Assembly: GCF_000020385.1 (NCBI RefSeq)
Contig: NC_010814.1
Span: 1,440,001 to 1,472,000, forward strand
Direction: 5' to 3'
Source: Trichlorobacter lovleyi SZ
GTDB taxonomy: Bacteria > Desulfobacterota > Desulfuromonadia > Geobacterales > Pseudopelobacteraceae
DNA: 32,000 bases
Shown: one piece after another, positions 25,171-32,000 of the stretch
Position numbering within the stretch: position 1 is the first letter of the stretch
How the letters are laid out: every line of letters begins with the position of its first letter
Notes under the pieces: model-generated
What the model was told of the DNA's origin: nothing
The model's input: only the letters and a program-made list of their open reading frames with translations
The model's database searches: none
Position numbers and translations under genes: made by a program

Positions 25171-26517
25171 TTGATGGGGGCTGTTATGGACAAAACAAAA
25201 GACACCCGAGTCAGCCGGGAACAGTTGTATGAAGAAGTTTGGGCGGAGCCGATGACTACTGTCGCGCTGAAGTACAAGGTCTCCTCAAGTTTCCTTGCAC
25301 GTATCTGCACTCGCTTGAAAGTCCCTCGGCCACAAAGGGGCTACTGGGCCATGTATGCGACCGGCAAACGCCCCAATAAACCGCCATTGCCAGCTGCCAG
25401 TCCGGGGGACGAACTGGAATGGGCACGAGATGGTGAGGCAAGGCGGGAGCCGTTAAAGTTACAAGCTCACCCATTGAAGTTTAAGCGCCGCAAACGTAGT
25501 GAGCTTCCAGCACTCCATCCGCTGCTTGCAGGCTTTCAGGATCGCCTGAATGAAGGGCGCGATTCTATCTTCAATCCATTCATCAGGCCCATTAAAAGGC
25601 TCCTTCCGGATATAATCACATCCAAGAAAACAGCACAGCGTATCATTGATGTGGCAAACGAACTCTATCTGGACCTTGAGGCACACGGGCATCAGGTAAA
25701 ATTTTCTCCGCATGGTCGGTGCTTATGGCGGCGCATGGTCGATGAACGAGAAAAGGTGAGAGGTGGCAACCACAATTCCTACCTGTGGTCACCGTCGAGG
25801 CCTACCCTCTTGTTCATCGGTAGTGTAGCCATAGGACTCACCGTCTACGAGATGACCGAGTACGTGGAGGTTCGACACATTGACGGGGAGTACATTAAGA
25901 TTACGGATCTTACCCCGCAGCAGCTAAAGAAAGCGGCAAGGTCATACTCATGGACGTCAACACAGGACATGCCGAGTGGCAGGCTATGCATTCAGGCGTC
26001 ATCACCATATCCAGGGACGCAATGGGCAAAACAATGGCAAGAAAAAAAAGCTGGTGATTTCCCAGACAAACTTCCCGGAATTATAAGAGAACTTGAAATT
26101 GCATCAGCTACGATTGCTAAACAGGTTGAAGAGGCGGAGCACAAGGCGGAAATCCAGAGAAAACAGTATGAGCAGCAATGCGAGATAGAACGTCAGCGGC
26201 GGGAAGAGGAGAGGCGCAGACAGGCCCTGGAAGAAGCTGAGCGTCGACGGGTCAAGGCGATCAAGGATAGTCGCGATGAGCTATCCGACATCATCAAGGC
26301 CTGGGCCAAGGCAAAGAGGATTGTTGAGTTCTTTGCCGACGTCGAGCACAGGACCGCCGATCTGGAGGATGTAGAGAAGGCTGCTGTATTGGATCGACTG
26401 ACACTGGCCCGCAAGATGGTTGATACTACGGATGCCCTGAAATGGCTTGCGGCATGGAAGACGCCAGAGGAAAGAAATCAGGGGCCTATCAGTATGACAC
26501 CTAGCATTACTGATTGA
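25171..26517 (+). CDS. hypothetical protein: conserved N-terminal module plus E/R-rich coiled coil
   Basis: The N-terminal REQLYEEVWAEPMTTVALKYKVSSSFLARICTRLKVPRPQRGYWA recurs in many unannotated proteins, as far as I recall. The C-terminal QRKQYEQQCEIERQRREEERRRQALEEAERRR is a charged helix. The track start is TTG; ATGs at 25174 and 25186 are alternatives. Confidence 0.55.
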   Translation: MMGAVMDKTKDTRVSREQLYEEVWAEPMTTVALKYKVSSSFLARICTRLKVPRPQRGYWAMYATGKRPNKPPLPAASPGDELEWARDGEARREPLKLQAHPLKFKRRKRSELPALHPLLAGFQDRLNEGRDSIFNPFIRPIKRLLPDIITSKKTAQRIIDVANELYLDLEAHGHQVKFSPHGRCLWRRMVDEREKVRGGNHNSYLWSPSRPTLLFIGSVAIGLTVYEMTEYVEVRHIDGEYIKITDLTPQQLKKAARSYSWTSTQDMPSGRLCIQASSPYPGTQWAKQWQEKKAGDFPDKLPGIIRELEIASATIAKQVEEAEHKAEIQRKQYEQQCEIERQRREEERRRQALEEAERRRVKAIKDSRDELSDIIKAWAKAKRIVEFFADVEHRTADLEDVEKAAVLDRLTLARKMVDTTDALKWLAAWKTPEERNQGPISMTPSITD

Positions 26518-26671
26518 TCATCAATTCAACGCTGAAAGCTGCTGCTGTTCCGAAATATCGGTTACTGTAAATATGTACCGTGATTTTGCAACATTGCTAT
26601 TATTGATCTCCGGCATTCAGTACAGTCAACCATGATAGCTGAATAAAGGCTGCCGTGGTGTTGACCTTTCG

Positions 26672-27463
26672 TCAGAGTTCAATGACCAGTTGTCTGTCGA
26701 ACTGTGGATTAACCTCCACATCCTTGTACCCATAGGGGTTTACCACCACCCGGGTTCTGCCGAGGGTGTAGTCGAATGAGTTGTGGGTGTGGCCGTGAAC
26801 CCAGAGATCCGGGCCATGATCGATGATCTCGTTGGAAATGTCGGTCATGAAGGCGCAGTTGAGGCTGTCACCCCGGAACCGCTCATGGATGGACAAGGGA
26901 GAGATACCATGGTGTGTCACCACGACGCTCTTCCTGTCGCCGACATTTTCCAGAGTCTCGAATATATAGCGTTTCGACTCCTGGAACAGATCGACCGTCT
27001 CTTCCGGCATGAGCCGCGTCCCGTCAGGCTTTTTGATCACGATAAAGTCGTTCATGTTCTTCCGGGCGTTCTGCATCTTGAAGAAATCCTTCTCCATGAA
27101 ATCCGTCCAGAGGGTTGCCCCGACAAATAGGACACCGTTGATCTCTACCGATTCATTTTCAAGAAAGTGAACGTTCTTTGGAAACGACAGCATGGCTTTC
27201 AGTTCCTGGATGCGCCCGAAGAAGTCGTTGTGATAGAAAAAGTGATTCCCCTCCACATAGATGACTGCCAGAAAACGCTTGGCGAGGAGGCTGATAACCT
27301 TGAGCCAGGTCTCCTGACGGTGAGCCAGGCCGATATCGCCGGCAACCAGGGCAATCGTTTCCTTATCAGTCGGCAGCGGTGGGATTACCATCTCCAGAAT
27401 GCGGGGAATCTCGTTGGGCTGCCAGAATTCGGTGTGGATGTCGGAAAACGGGCGGACAAGCAT
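26672..27463 (-). CDS. metallophosphoesterase (calcineurin-like)
   Basis: The motif series is present: FSDIHTEF (D-x-H), VAGDIG (G-D), VEGNHFFY (G-N-H), VVTHHG, VHGHTH. The ATG at 27463 has an AGGAGA RBS. The track's upstream extension was rejected. Confidence 0.8.
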   Translation of the reverse strand: MLVRPFSDIHTEFWQPNEIPRILEMVIPPLPTDKETIALVAGDIGLAHRQETWLKVISLLAKRFLAVIYVEGNHFFYHNDFFGRIQELKAMLSFPKNVHFLENESVEINGVLFVGATLWTDFMEKDFFKMQNARKNMNDFIVIKKPDGTRLMPEETVDLFQESKRYIFETLENVGDRKSVVVTHHGISPLSIHERFRGDSLNCAFMTDISNEIIDHGPDLWVHGHTHNSFDYTLGRTRVVVNPYGYKDVEVNPQFDRQLVIEL

Positions 27464-27548
27464 TTTTATCTCCTGATGCAGACACAATTGCCAAAGAGGC
27501 ATAGAAAACAACCATACATTGGTAGAGATTCTGGAATATACCTGAAAA

Positions 27549-27700
27549 TGGTGGCATTTTGGGCACCTTTTTTGGGTACTAAAAAGCCACCAAAGCAACA
27601 ATGCCGCATTGAAGGCACCATTTTTGGACCCAACAATGTGGCATTGACGGAAGATGGCAAATAGTTCCCCATTTTTGGTACCAAATTGGTATCCAAAACA
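27549..27700. repeat. intergenic array of degenerate direct repeats (GGNNCC-W-TTTTTGG-NNCC cores and a duplicated 20-mer)
   Basis: Core copies: GGCACCTTTTTTGGGTAC (27562-27579), GGCACCATTTTTGGACCC (27614-27631), GTTCCCCATTTTTGGTACC (27664-27682). A related copy, GGTTCCATTCTGGGATGCC, is at 27737-27755. The 20-mer CAACAATGCCGCATTGAAGG (27596-27615) recurs as CAACAATGTGGCATTGACGG (27631-27650), matching at 17 of 20 positions. Confidence 0.55.
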
Positions 27701-27719
27701 GCCACCATAATATTATCCT

Positions 27720-27759
27720 ATTTGGCATCCCAAACAGGTTCCATTCTGGGATGCCAAAT
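27720..27759 (-). terminator. 13-bp perfect inverted repeat immediately after the stop of the 113-aa gene (terminator-like or operator)
   Basis: ATTTGGCATCCCA (27720-27732) and TGGGATGCCAAAT (27747-27759) are separated by a 14-nt spacer. The repeat begins 7 nt downstream of the minus-strand stop at 27766. The trailing sequence is A/U-rich, but there is no clean U tract. Confidence 0.4.
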
Positions 27760-27765
27760 ATTCCC

Positions 27766-28107
27766 CTACCACCAGTAGTACCAGCGCCAGTACCACCATG
27801 GGGCATAGCAGGGCCGGTAGTCCGTGCTGGAGAAGGCGTACTTGAGCAATGTCCAGAATGGTTTCCCCTTCACATAGCCATGGTACAGCCGCACCTGCAC
27901 CCGGTCCATCAGGATGTACGGCAGCGAGATACAGGCGATGCCGATGGCCCAGTACCAGAATGTCCCGAGGAAACAGAGTCCGACCAGCAGACCGGCAACC
28001 GCGCTGGTGAGAAGGGTAACGAATATGGCGACCAGCACTGCCGGGAATTTTGCCCGTTTCGGCTGCCGCTCCTTCAACCATTGCTGGGCGTCATAGTATT
28101 TGATCAT
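27766..28107 (-). CDS. small two-TM membrane protein with Trp/Tyr-rich C-terminal tail
   Basis: A GGGAGG RBS lies 7 nt before the ATG. Hydrophobic segments are FPAVLVAIFVTLLTSAVAGLLVGL and WYWAIGIACISLPYIL. The tail is YAPWWYWRWYYWW. Confidence 0.55.
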   Translation of the reverse strand: MIKYYDAQQWLKERQPKRAKFPAVLVAIFVTLLTSAVAGLLVGLCFLGTFWYWAIGIACISLPYILMDRVQVRLYHGYVKGKPFWTLLKYAFSSTDYRPCYAPWWYWRWYYWW

Positions 28108-28136
28108 GGGTAAACCTCCCTGTGCGGATCAGACAG

Positions 28137-28793
28137 TCATATCCGCACATGTGCCGGTTTGCACAGGCAACCGAGCCTCGTCCCCTTGTTAAGGAAACCG
28201 AAAATCCTTGCCCGTAGCAGCTTCAATTCTTCGGAAGTGATTTTGACGTCATTGGCGACATGCCAGTCCGGGATCATCTGTAGCTCCAGGATAACAAGGC
28301 CGGCTCCTGTCAGAGCCTTCTTCTTACGGGGTCCAGTTTTATGCGTGTCGGTTACCTCAATACCAATAACACCAGATGTTTCGTAATAGAGATCTGAGTC
28401 AGGAGACAAATGCAGCTGACAATCCACCGAGTAGTTGAGCCCGGATCGATCATCATGAATGGACCACTCATCGGAAGTTTCGTCAATCTTGAGCAAGAAC
28501 TCTTTCCCGAACACCCTGATTCGCCATGTCCACAACTTGCACACGTATTCCTGGACCAGTTCGTGAGCTATTCCCTTGGAGCCCTTGCCATGACCATCCC
28601 CGGAGCCACCGAGATAGGCAAAGCTGGATGATTTCGCTCCGCGGTCTACCGGCACCATAGGTCTCAGCTTGATAAGGTCGTAGAAATGTTTTCCTTCCCA
28701 CTCTTCCGGATACTGGCGCCGCAGACGCAGGGCTTCGTGTACGGTGATGATCGGGCTGGAAAAATCGGCTTTCTTGTACGCTAACAATTTCAT
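28137..28793 (-). CDS. hypothetical protein, possible nuclease-like fold (weak)
   Basis: The 218-aa ORF is translationally coupled to the upstream gene by a 4-nt overlap. AHELVQEY...VDCQLHL...IGIEVTDTHK loosely resembles H...D...E-x-x motifs of CoiA/PD-(D/E)xK-like nucleases. This is pattern recognition only. Confidence 0.45.
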   Translation of the reverse strand: MKLLAYKKADFSSPIITVHEALRLRRQYPEEWEGKHFYDLIKLRPMVPVDRGAKSSSFAYLGGSGDGHGKGSKGIAHELVQEYVCKLWTWRIRVFGKEFLLKIDETSDEWSIHDDRSGLNYSVDCQLHLSPDSDLYYETSGVIGIEVTDTHKTGPRKKKALTGAGLVILELQMIPDWHVANDVKITSEELKLLRARIFGFLNKGTRLGCLCKPAHVRI

Positions 28794-29260
28794 ACATGAC
28801 CCTCCATTAACTGGTAGGTTGGCGTCAACAGGTTGATTGCCTTACCGATGGCGATATCCAGCATGATGACCTCCTGGCCGCTGAGATAGATATTGTTTGC
28901 AGTCTTTCCGTTCTCGATCAGGCTGATTTCGAGTGAGTGAATACTGTTTTTCTGACGGGCAACCAGGTAGAGCGACTGCTGCTGCACGCCATAGTCATGT
29001 TTGAGTGCCGTCGCCAGCTCAATCTTGCTACTAGCCTTGCTGCTCCGTTTCCAGTAGGCCTGCATGAAATAGTTCAGTGTCGATTTCACCGTGGCCAGTT
29101 CGGTGAGGTCGTTGTCGACGACAAAACCCCAGAAGTCGGCCTTGACCAATGTATTTCTGTTGAAGCGGGTTTTGTAATGGCCGCCCTTGTCCCGGAAGTC
29201 ATACCGTTCCATCTCGACCGTGGCGGTGATGGAAATACCCTTCAAATTGAACTCGATCAT
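28790..29260 (-). CDS. hypothetical protein (156 aa)
   Basis: The ORF has 4-nt start/stop overlaps on both sides (29257-29260 and 28790-28793). No family was recognised. Confidence 0.5.
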   Translation of the reverse strand: MIEFNLKGISITATVEMERYDFRDKGGHYKTRFNRNTLVKADFWGFVVDNDLTELATVKSTLNYFMQAYWKRSSKASSKIELATALKHDYGVQQQSLYLVARQKNSIHSLEISLIENGKTANNIYLSGQEVIMLDIAIGKAINLLTPTYQLMEGHV

Positions 29261-29742
29261 CCTACTTCCACCTCTTTCCAGAGTTTGCTCAGATACGTTG
29301 CCGACACTTTCAGCTTCCGCTTGCTCTGCAGATAGCCGGCGATGACCCGAAAACCCATACCATCAGCCTGCAACTCCTTGACTTCGCCCCAGTAGGCCAG
29401 TATCTGACGTCGCAGGAGCGGCTTCCTCCCCCTGCTGATCAGGATGGCGGCACTGGCCTTGCGCAGATGGGAGAAATCGTCGTACTGCTCTTTATCTGCC
29501 ACCCGGTACCCTTTACCCTTCACGGTGTCCCAACCCCCCTTGCGGGCGGCCATGACAAAGGCGCAGTACTTGGTGATCCGGCCAGACAGGTCTGGGCGCT
29601 CACCTTTGAGCTGGAACGATTTCTTCACGCCCTCCTGGAAAATCTCGATGATATTTTCCTCCGGGAGCGACGCCAGCCAGGAAAAAAGCTTTTTTCTCTC
29701 GGATTCAGTCAGGCCGGTTATCAGGTTGAGCTGCTCGGTCAT
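29257..29742 (-). CDS. hypothetical protein with C-terminal resolvase-type HTH-like segment (161 aa)
   Basis: It starts 1 nt after the stop of the recombinase-like gene. The C-terminal GMGFRVIAGYLQSKRKLKVSATYLSKLW is HTH-like. Confidence 0.5.
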   Translation of the reverse strand: MTEQLNLITGLTESERKKLFSWLASLPEENIIEIFQEGVKKSFQLKGERPDLSGRITKYCAFVMAARKGGWDTVKGKGYRVADKEQYDDFSHLRKASAAILISRGRKPLLRRQILAYWGEVKELQADGMGFRVIAGYLQSKRKLKVSATYLSKLWKEVEVG

Positions 29743-29743
29743 A

Positions 29744-30709
29744 TCATCCTCTCGTGTAGGTCAGGGTCTCCCGCAGCCGGAAGTGGGATGTTTCAAGGGA
29801 GGTTTGCTGCAGGGCCTCTTCGTGTGTCAGGCCTTGATTGATGCATTCCAGGTAACGTTCCTGGGCGAAGTTGTGCTTGAGGCCGTGGCTGCCGCGGCCC
29901 GGCGAATACTGGCCGGTCTCCCTTGCCGCCAGGTTGATTGCCGCCACATATTCGGAGTAGTCACTTTCCAGCCTGCAGAATTCTTTCAAGTATTGCTCCA
30001 GGCGCCGATAGGTTGCGATGGAAACGTAATGGTCGGTTTCTTTCCCCCCCTTCTCCACGGTAGCAACAATACCAATCGGCTTGCGGGTGACCGGATCAGG
30101 GATGATGCCGCGCAGGCCAGTTGCCGTCAGGGGATTCTTTAATCTGCGGTTACTCGGTGCGCCGACCCCTTCGGTACGAAGGCCCCCTTCATACTGCAGC
30201 GACGCCTGGAGCTGGAATGTCTTGCTCCTGATGGTCGCTATGAGCAGTACCGGGTCTGGATATGCCCGGTTATCGAATACCTTGCTCGATTTTCGCAACA
30301 CTCTTCGGCTCAGGGCATAGTACTCAAGCCGGAGTGGTTCCGTCTCCACTAATGGGACGTCAAGGCAATGCTGGCGGATGTAAAGGTTCAGGGCATACTC
30401 GAACTTTCCCAGTGCCGAGAGCATAGTCTCCATGGTCTGGCGGGAGCGTTTCTTTTCGTAATAGTAGGTCAGCATGTGCTCCAGATACTCCGCCATGTCG
30501 TCGTGTACCGACAGGGTGTCCAGCAGGCTGGTCCGGCCTTTGCCGATCATGAAGTCGACAAAGCGATGGGCATGGCTTCTGTAAGAATCCCAGGAGCCGA
30601 AGGATCGTAATCCGAATGGATTGCTCTTTTTCATTTCCCGGATCGAACGAATCCCATGAAATATTGCTTCCATCTGCGAATGTGGTGATGTTGGCCATCG
30701 ATGATTCAT
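29744..30709 (-). CDS. tyrosine recombinase/integrase-like protein
   Basis: There is an N-terminal SAM-like region. Catalytic-region candidates are GGLRTEG (Arg), SHGLKHNFAQ (H-x-x-K/R-H) and SHFRLRETLTYTRG (H...Y). The start is uncertain; ATGs at codons 1 and 13 are possible. Confidence 0.6.
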   Translation of the reverse strand: MNHRWPTSPHSQMEAIFHGIRSIREMKKSNPFGLRSFGSWDSYRSHAHRFVDFMIGKGRTSLLDTLSVHDDMAEYLEHMLTYYYEKKRSRQTMETMLSALGKFEYALNLYIRQHCLDVPLVETEPLRLEYYALSRRVLRKSSKVFDNRAYPDPVLLIATIRSKTFQLQASLQYEGGLRTEGVGAPSNRRLKNPLTATGLRGIIPDPVTRKPIGIVATVEKGGKETDHYVSIATYRRLEQYLKEFCRLESDYSEYVAAINLAARETGQYSPGRGSHGLKHNFAQERYLECINQGLTHEEALQQTSLETSHFRLRETLTYTRG

Positions 30710-30931
30710 GTTTTAGTTCCTCTGGCCGTTGCCGGCCTGCGTGGTAAGATGACATGCTCTTTTTCCGGCATCGCCATGCCGACGGTAGCAGCTCCGTCTT
30801 CCTGCTTTTCGTAGTGTCCCTTATATGTGGACCTGGCAAGGATTCCTGCCAATAGTCTGCTGTCTGTCGTGAACCGGGACTCTACCGGTGGATCACGTTA
30901 AACAGGTCCTCGATTGTGCCTGCCAGAAAAT

Positions 30932-31070
30932 GCCTTTCCAGGGCGCCGGACTTCGGGGGTATTCCCGGTCCTTCCTCAGATTCCGGATCAACAGATACAT
31001 ATCGTTGAGCGGAAACGCCTTTCCATGGGCGCCGAACCGGGAGTATTCCGGTCGTCTTCGGATTTCTGAC
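30932..31070. repeat. pair of ~55-nt imperfect direct repeats in non-coding DNA
   Basis: GCCTTTCCAGGGCGCCGGACTTCGGGGGTATTCCCGGTCCTTCCTCAGATTCCGGA starts at 30932. GCCTTTCCATGGGCGCCGAACCGGGAGTATTCCGGTCGTCTTCGGATTTCTGA starts at 31017. They are roughly three-quarters identical with small indels, and their starts are 85 nt apart. Confidence 0.5.
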
Positions 31071-31287
31071 TGCGTACGGTCATGCGAGGGGGAGGTGCGT
31101 GTACCTCGACATGAAAGGGCTCTGCTTAGGTTGGCCAATCCCGTGGGTGGTGTCCGGCCGGGCCAAGTGGCTCGACGGCTCTGGGTACACCGGGCAATGA
31201 TGCTGCGAAAAATCTCTCCTATCTGAAAAGTTGTAACTGTTTTGTTTGTTTCCTAATACCCGGCAACATATTGATTACTTGTCGCTT

Positions 31288-31860
31288 TCACGGCGATGGC
31301 TCAATAGTGGCTCCGGTATTTGTGATCATTTGTTTGCGACAGCCCCAAGCCTTTGACTTGGCAAGTGCAACCACTCCTATCTCCGGAATGAACTTACCAA
31401 TTGGCGATGAATTCTTTTCATCTTCGATGAATTTATTTTGGTCCGCTTCGGACAGGGAGTGCCAGTAGTCATCACGTTCTTTTGACTCCTGTGCTTCCGC
31501 CTTCTTCAGTTCCTCATGCTTATCGTCTTCGGCACGTTTCCGTTCTGCGGCCGCCTCTGCATTGGCAGCGCGAACATGCGGGGGCTCGTACCATTCCGGT
31601 ACGACGAGATTCACACAGAATGTTTGGAGATAGCCGCCGGGGTTCTTGATTTCTTTGCGCTCACGTCGCCATTTTTCTGCGGCAATATCAGCAGCCTGCA
31701 TAACCCTTTCGTTACCGTGGCGCTTGATCAGAATCCTCACCTCTTTTTCAGAGATTTTTGACAATGGCGTGCCGGATAACAACAACCTGATTTCTTCTGT
31801 TGTTGTCGTTTCACTATTTGATTCTCTTGTATGATTCTCTTTGGGTGACATATCTGACAC
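31288..31860 (-). CDS. hypothetical protein (190 aa), charged/helical, possible replication or regulatory protein of the element
   Basis: The ORF has a K/E-rich central helix. The track start is GTG at 31860; the ATG at 31851 is an alternative. It is preceded by a dense repeat/palindrome array. No family was recognised. Confidence 0.5.
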   Translation of the reverse strand: MSDMSPKENHTRESNSETTTTEEIRLLLSGTPLSKISEKEVRILIKRHGNERVMQAADIAAEKWRRERKEIKNPGGYLQTFCVNLVVPEWYEPPHVRAANAEAAAERKRAEDDKHEELKKAEAQESKERDDYWHSLSEADQNKFIEDEKNSSPIGKFIPEIGVVALAKSKAWGCRKQMITNTGATIEPSP

Positions 31861-31936
31861 CAGGTGGTGTCGTTTATGACACTGGGGGGTAGTGACATTT
31901 GTGACACCACCCCTGGTGTCATTTTTGTCACCAGGG
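31844..31936. promoter_or_regulatory. iteron/operator-like array of GTGACA/TGACACC heptamers in both orientations
   Basis: At least eight copies lie within 93 bp: GGTGACA 31844, TGACACC 31855, TGGTGTC 31865, TGACAC 31877, GTGACA 31892, GTGACACCA 31901, TGGTGTCA 31914, GTCACCAGG 31927. They form palindromes GACACCA-GG-TGGTGTC and TGACACCA-CCCC-TGGTGTCA. The array overlaps the start codon of the downstream minus-strand gene. Confidence 0.55.
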
Positions 31937-32000
31937 TCCGTAAGACCATCATCTGAAAAAGTCTGGTGCCAGAGAAAAGCATAGATATTGGAAGTAAAAC

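Larger units (their letters stand above)
2663..32000. mobile_element. integrated accessory/defence island abutting the 3' end of tRNA-Val; right end beyond the window
   Basis: Gene content switches abruptly after the tRNA from housekeeping genes to recombinases (serine at 3070, tyrosine-like at 29744), ParB-like genes, R-M, Abi and other conflict-type genes. Composition is patchy. Confidence 0.55.

Noticed and set aside
2684-27601. N-terminal extensions of several track ORFs (2684-3202, 10217-12988, 14161-14955, 16119-17270, 24246-25088, 26672-27601).
   Set aside because: The track takes the most upstream ATG/GTG/TTG. These extensions overlap neighbouring genes or lack an RBS. Internal ATGs preceded by GGAGG-like sites remove the overlaps, so I used those, though the exact starts remain uncertain.
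27596-27682. A type III toxin-antitoxin (ToxI-like) RNA repeat array, because one repeat unit is 36 nt long and lies upstream of a gene.
   Set aside because: The units are few, unequal (36 and 52 nt) and degenerate, unlike the near-identical tandem repeats of ToxI-type antitoxins. The downstream gene is a metallophosphoesterase, not a ToxN/AbiQ-type endoribonuclease.
27549-27760. Sigma-54 promoters suggested by multiple TGGCA/GGCAC motifs.
   Set aside because: No instance has the required GG-N10-GC spacing with a TTGC -12 element. The best candidate, TGGCATTTTGGGCA, is off by two. The plus-strand orientation also does not face any gene.
29444-30142. A 232-aa plus-strand ORF spanning the junction between the recombinase-like gene and the HTH-tailed gene.
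   Set aside because: It is antisense to two translationally coupled genes. The sequence is low-complexity with no start context.
30888-31226. Track ORFs 30888-31226 (+) and 30893-31138 (-) as genes.
   Set aside because: They are mutually antisense and lack an RBS. The region is better explained by the pair of direct repeats, and the translations are Arg/Ser/Pro-rich with no motifs.
1-32000. CRISPR arrays, rRNA genes, retron-like RT/ncRNA and IS elements with terminal inverted repeats.
   Set aside because: I saw no regularly spaced identical repeats, no rRNA-like sequence, no reverse transcriptase or transposase ORF and no IS-type terminal repeats anywhere in the window.

Overview
The window is a bacterial chromosomal segment, by composition and gene content possibly Geobacter/Desulfuromonadales-like (this is a guess). 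Two housekeeping genes, a 5'-truncated actP acetate symporter and a DUF294-type nucleotidyltransferase, are followed by tRNA-Val(CAC) at 2588-2662. Everything to the right of the tRNA (at least 29 kb, right boundary not in the window) looks like an integrated accessory or defence island. It opens with an HTH gene and an operon of a large serine recombinase plus two ParB-like genes. Next comes an 18.5-kb run of 13 tightly packed minus-strand genes. This run contains an orphan AbiEi-like gene and a complete type I R-M system (hsdR-hsdM-hsdS) with two small coupled genes downstream. It continues with an uncharacterised three-gene cassette: a Zn-ribbon/wHTH/NDT-TIR-like protein, an NdpA/YejK-like nucleoid protein and a membrane protein. 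An AbiEi/AbiEii pair follows, and then a two-gene operon: a dynamin-like GTPase fused to a MITD1-type MIT_C domain, followed by a 1214-aa RecD-like SF1 helicase with a C-terminal PD-(D/E)xK-type nuclease module and a large unknown N-terminal region. Further right are a coiled-coil hypothetical protein, a metallophosphoesterase and a repeat-rich intergenic array. The window ends with a translationally coupled five-gene operon led by a tyrosine-recombinase-like gene, then a repeat-bearing non-coding stretch and a gene preceded by an iteron/operator-like array. The best candidates for undescribed systems are the GTPase::MIT_C plus helicase-nuclease pair (6527-12988) and the NDT-like/NdpA-like/membrane cassette (14895-18184). 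No CRISPR array or rRNA was seen. All domain calls rest on motif recognition by eye, not on database searches.
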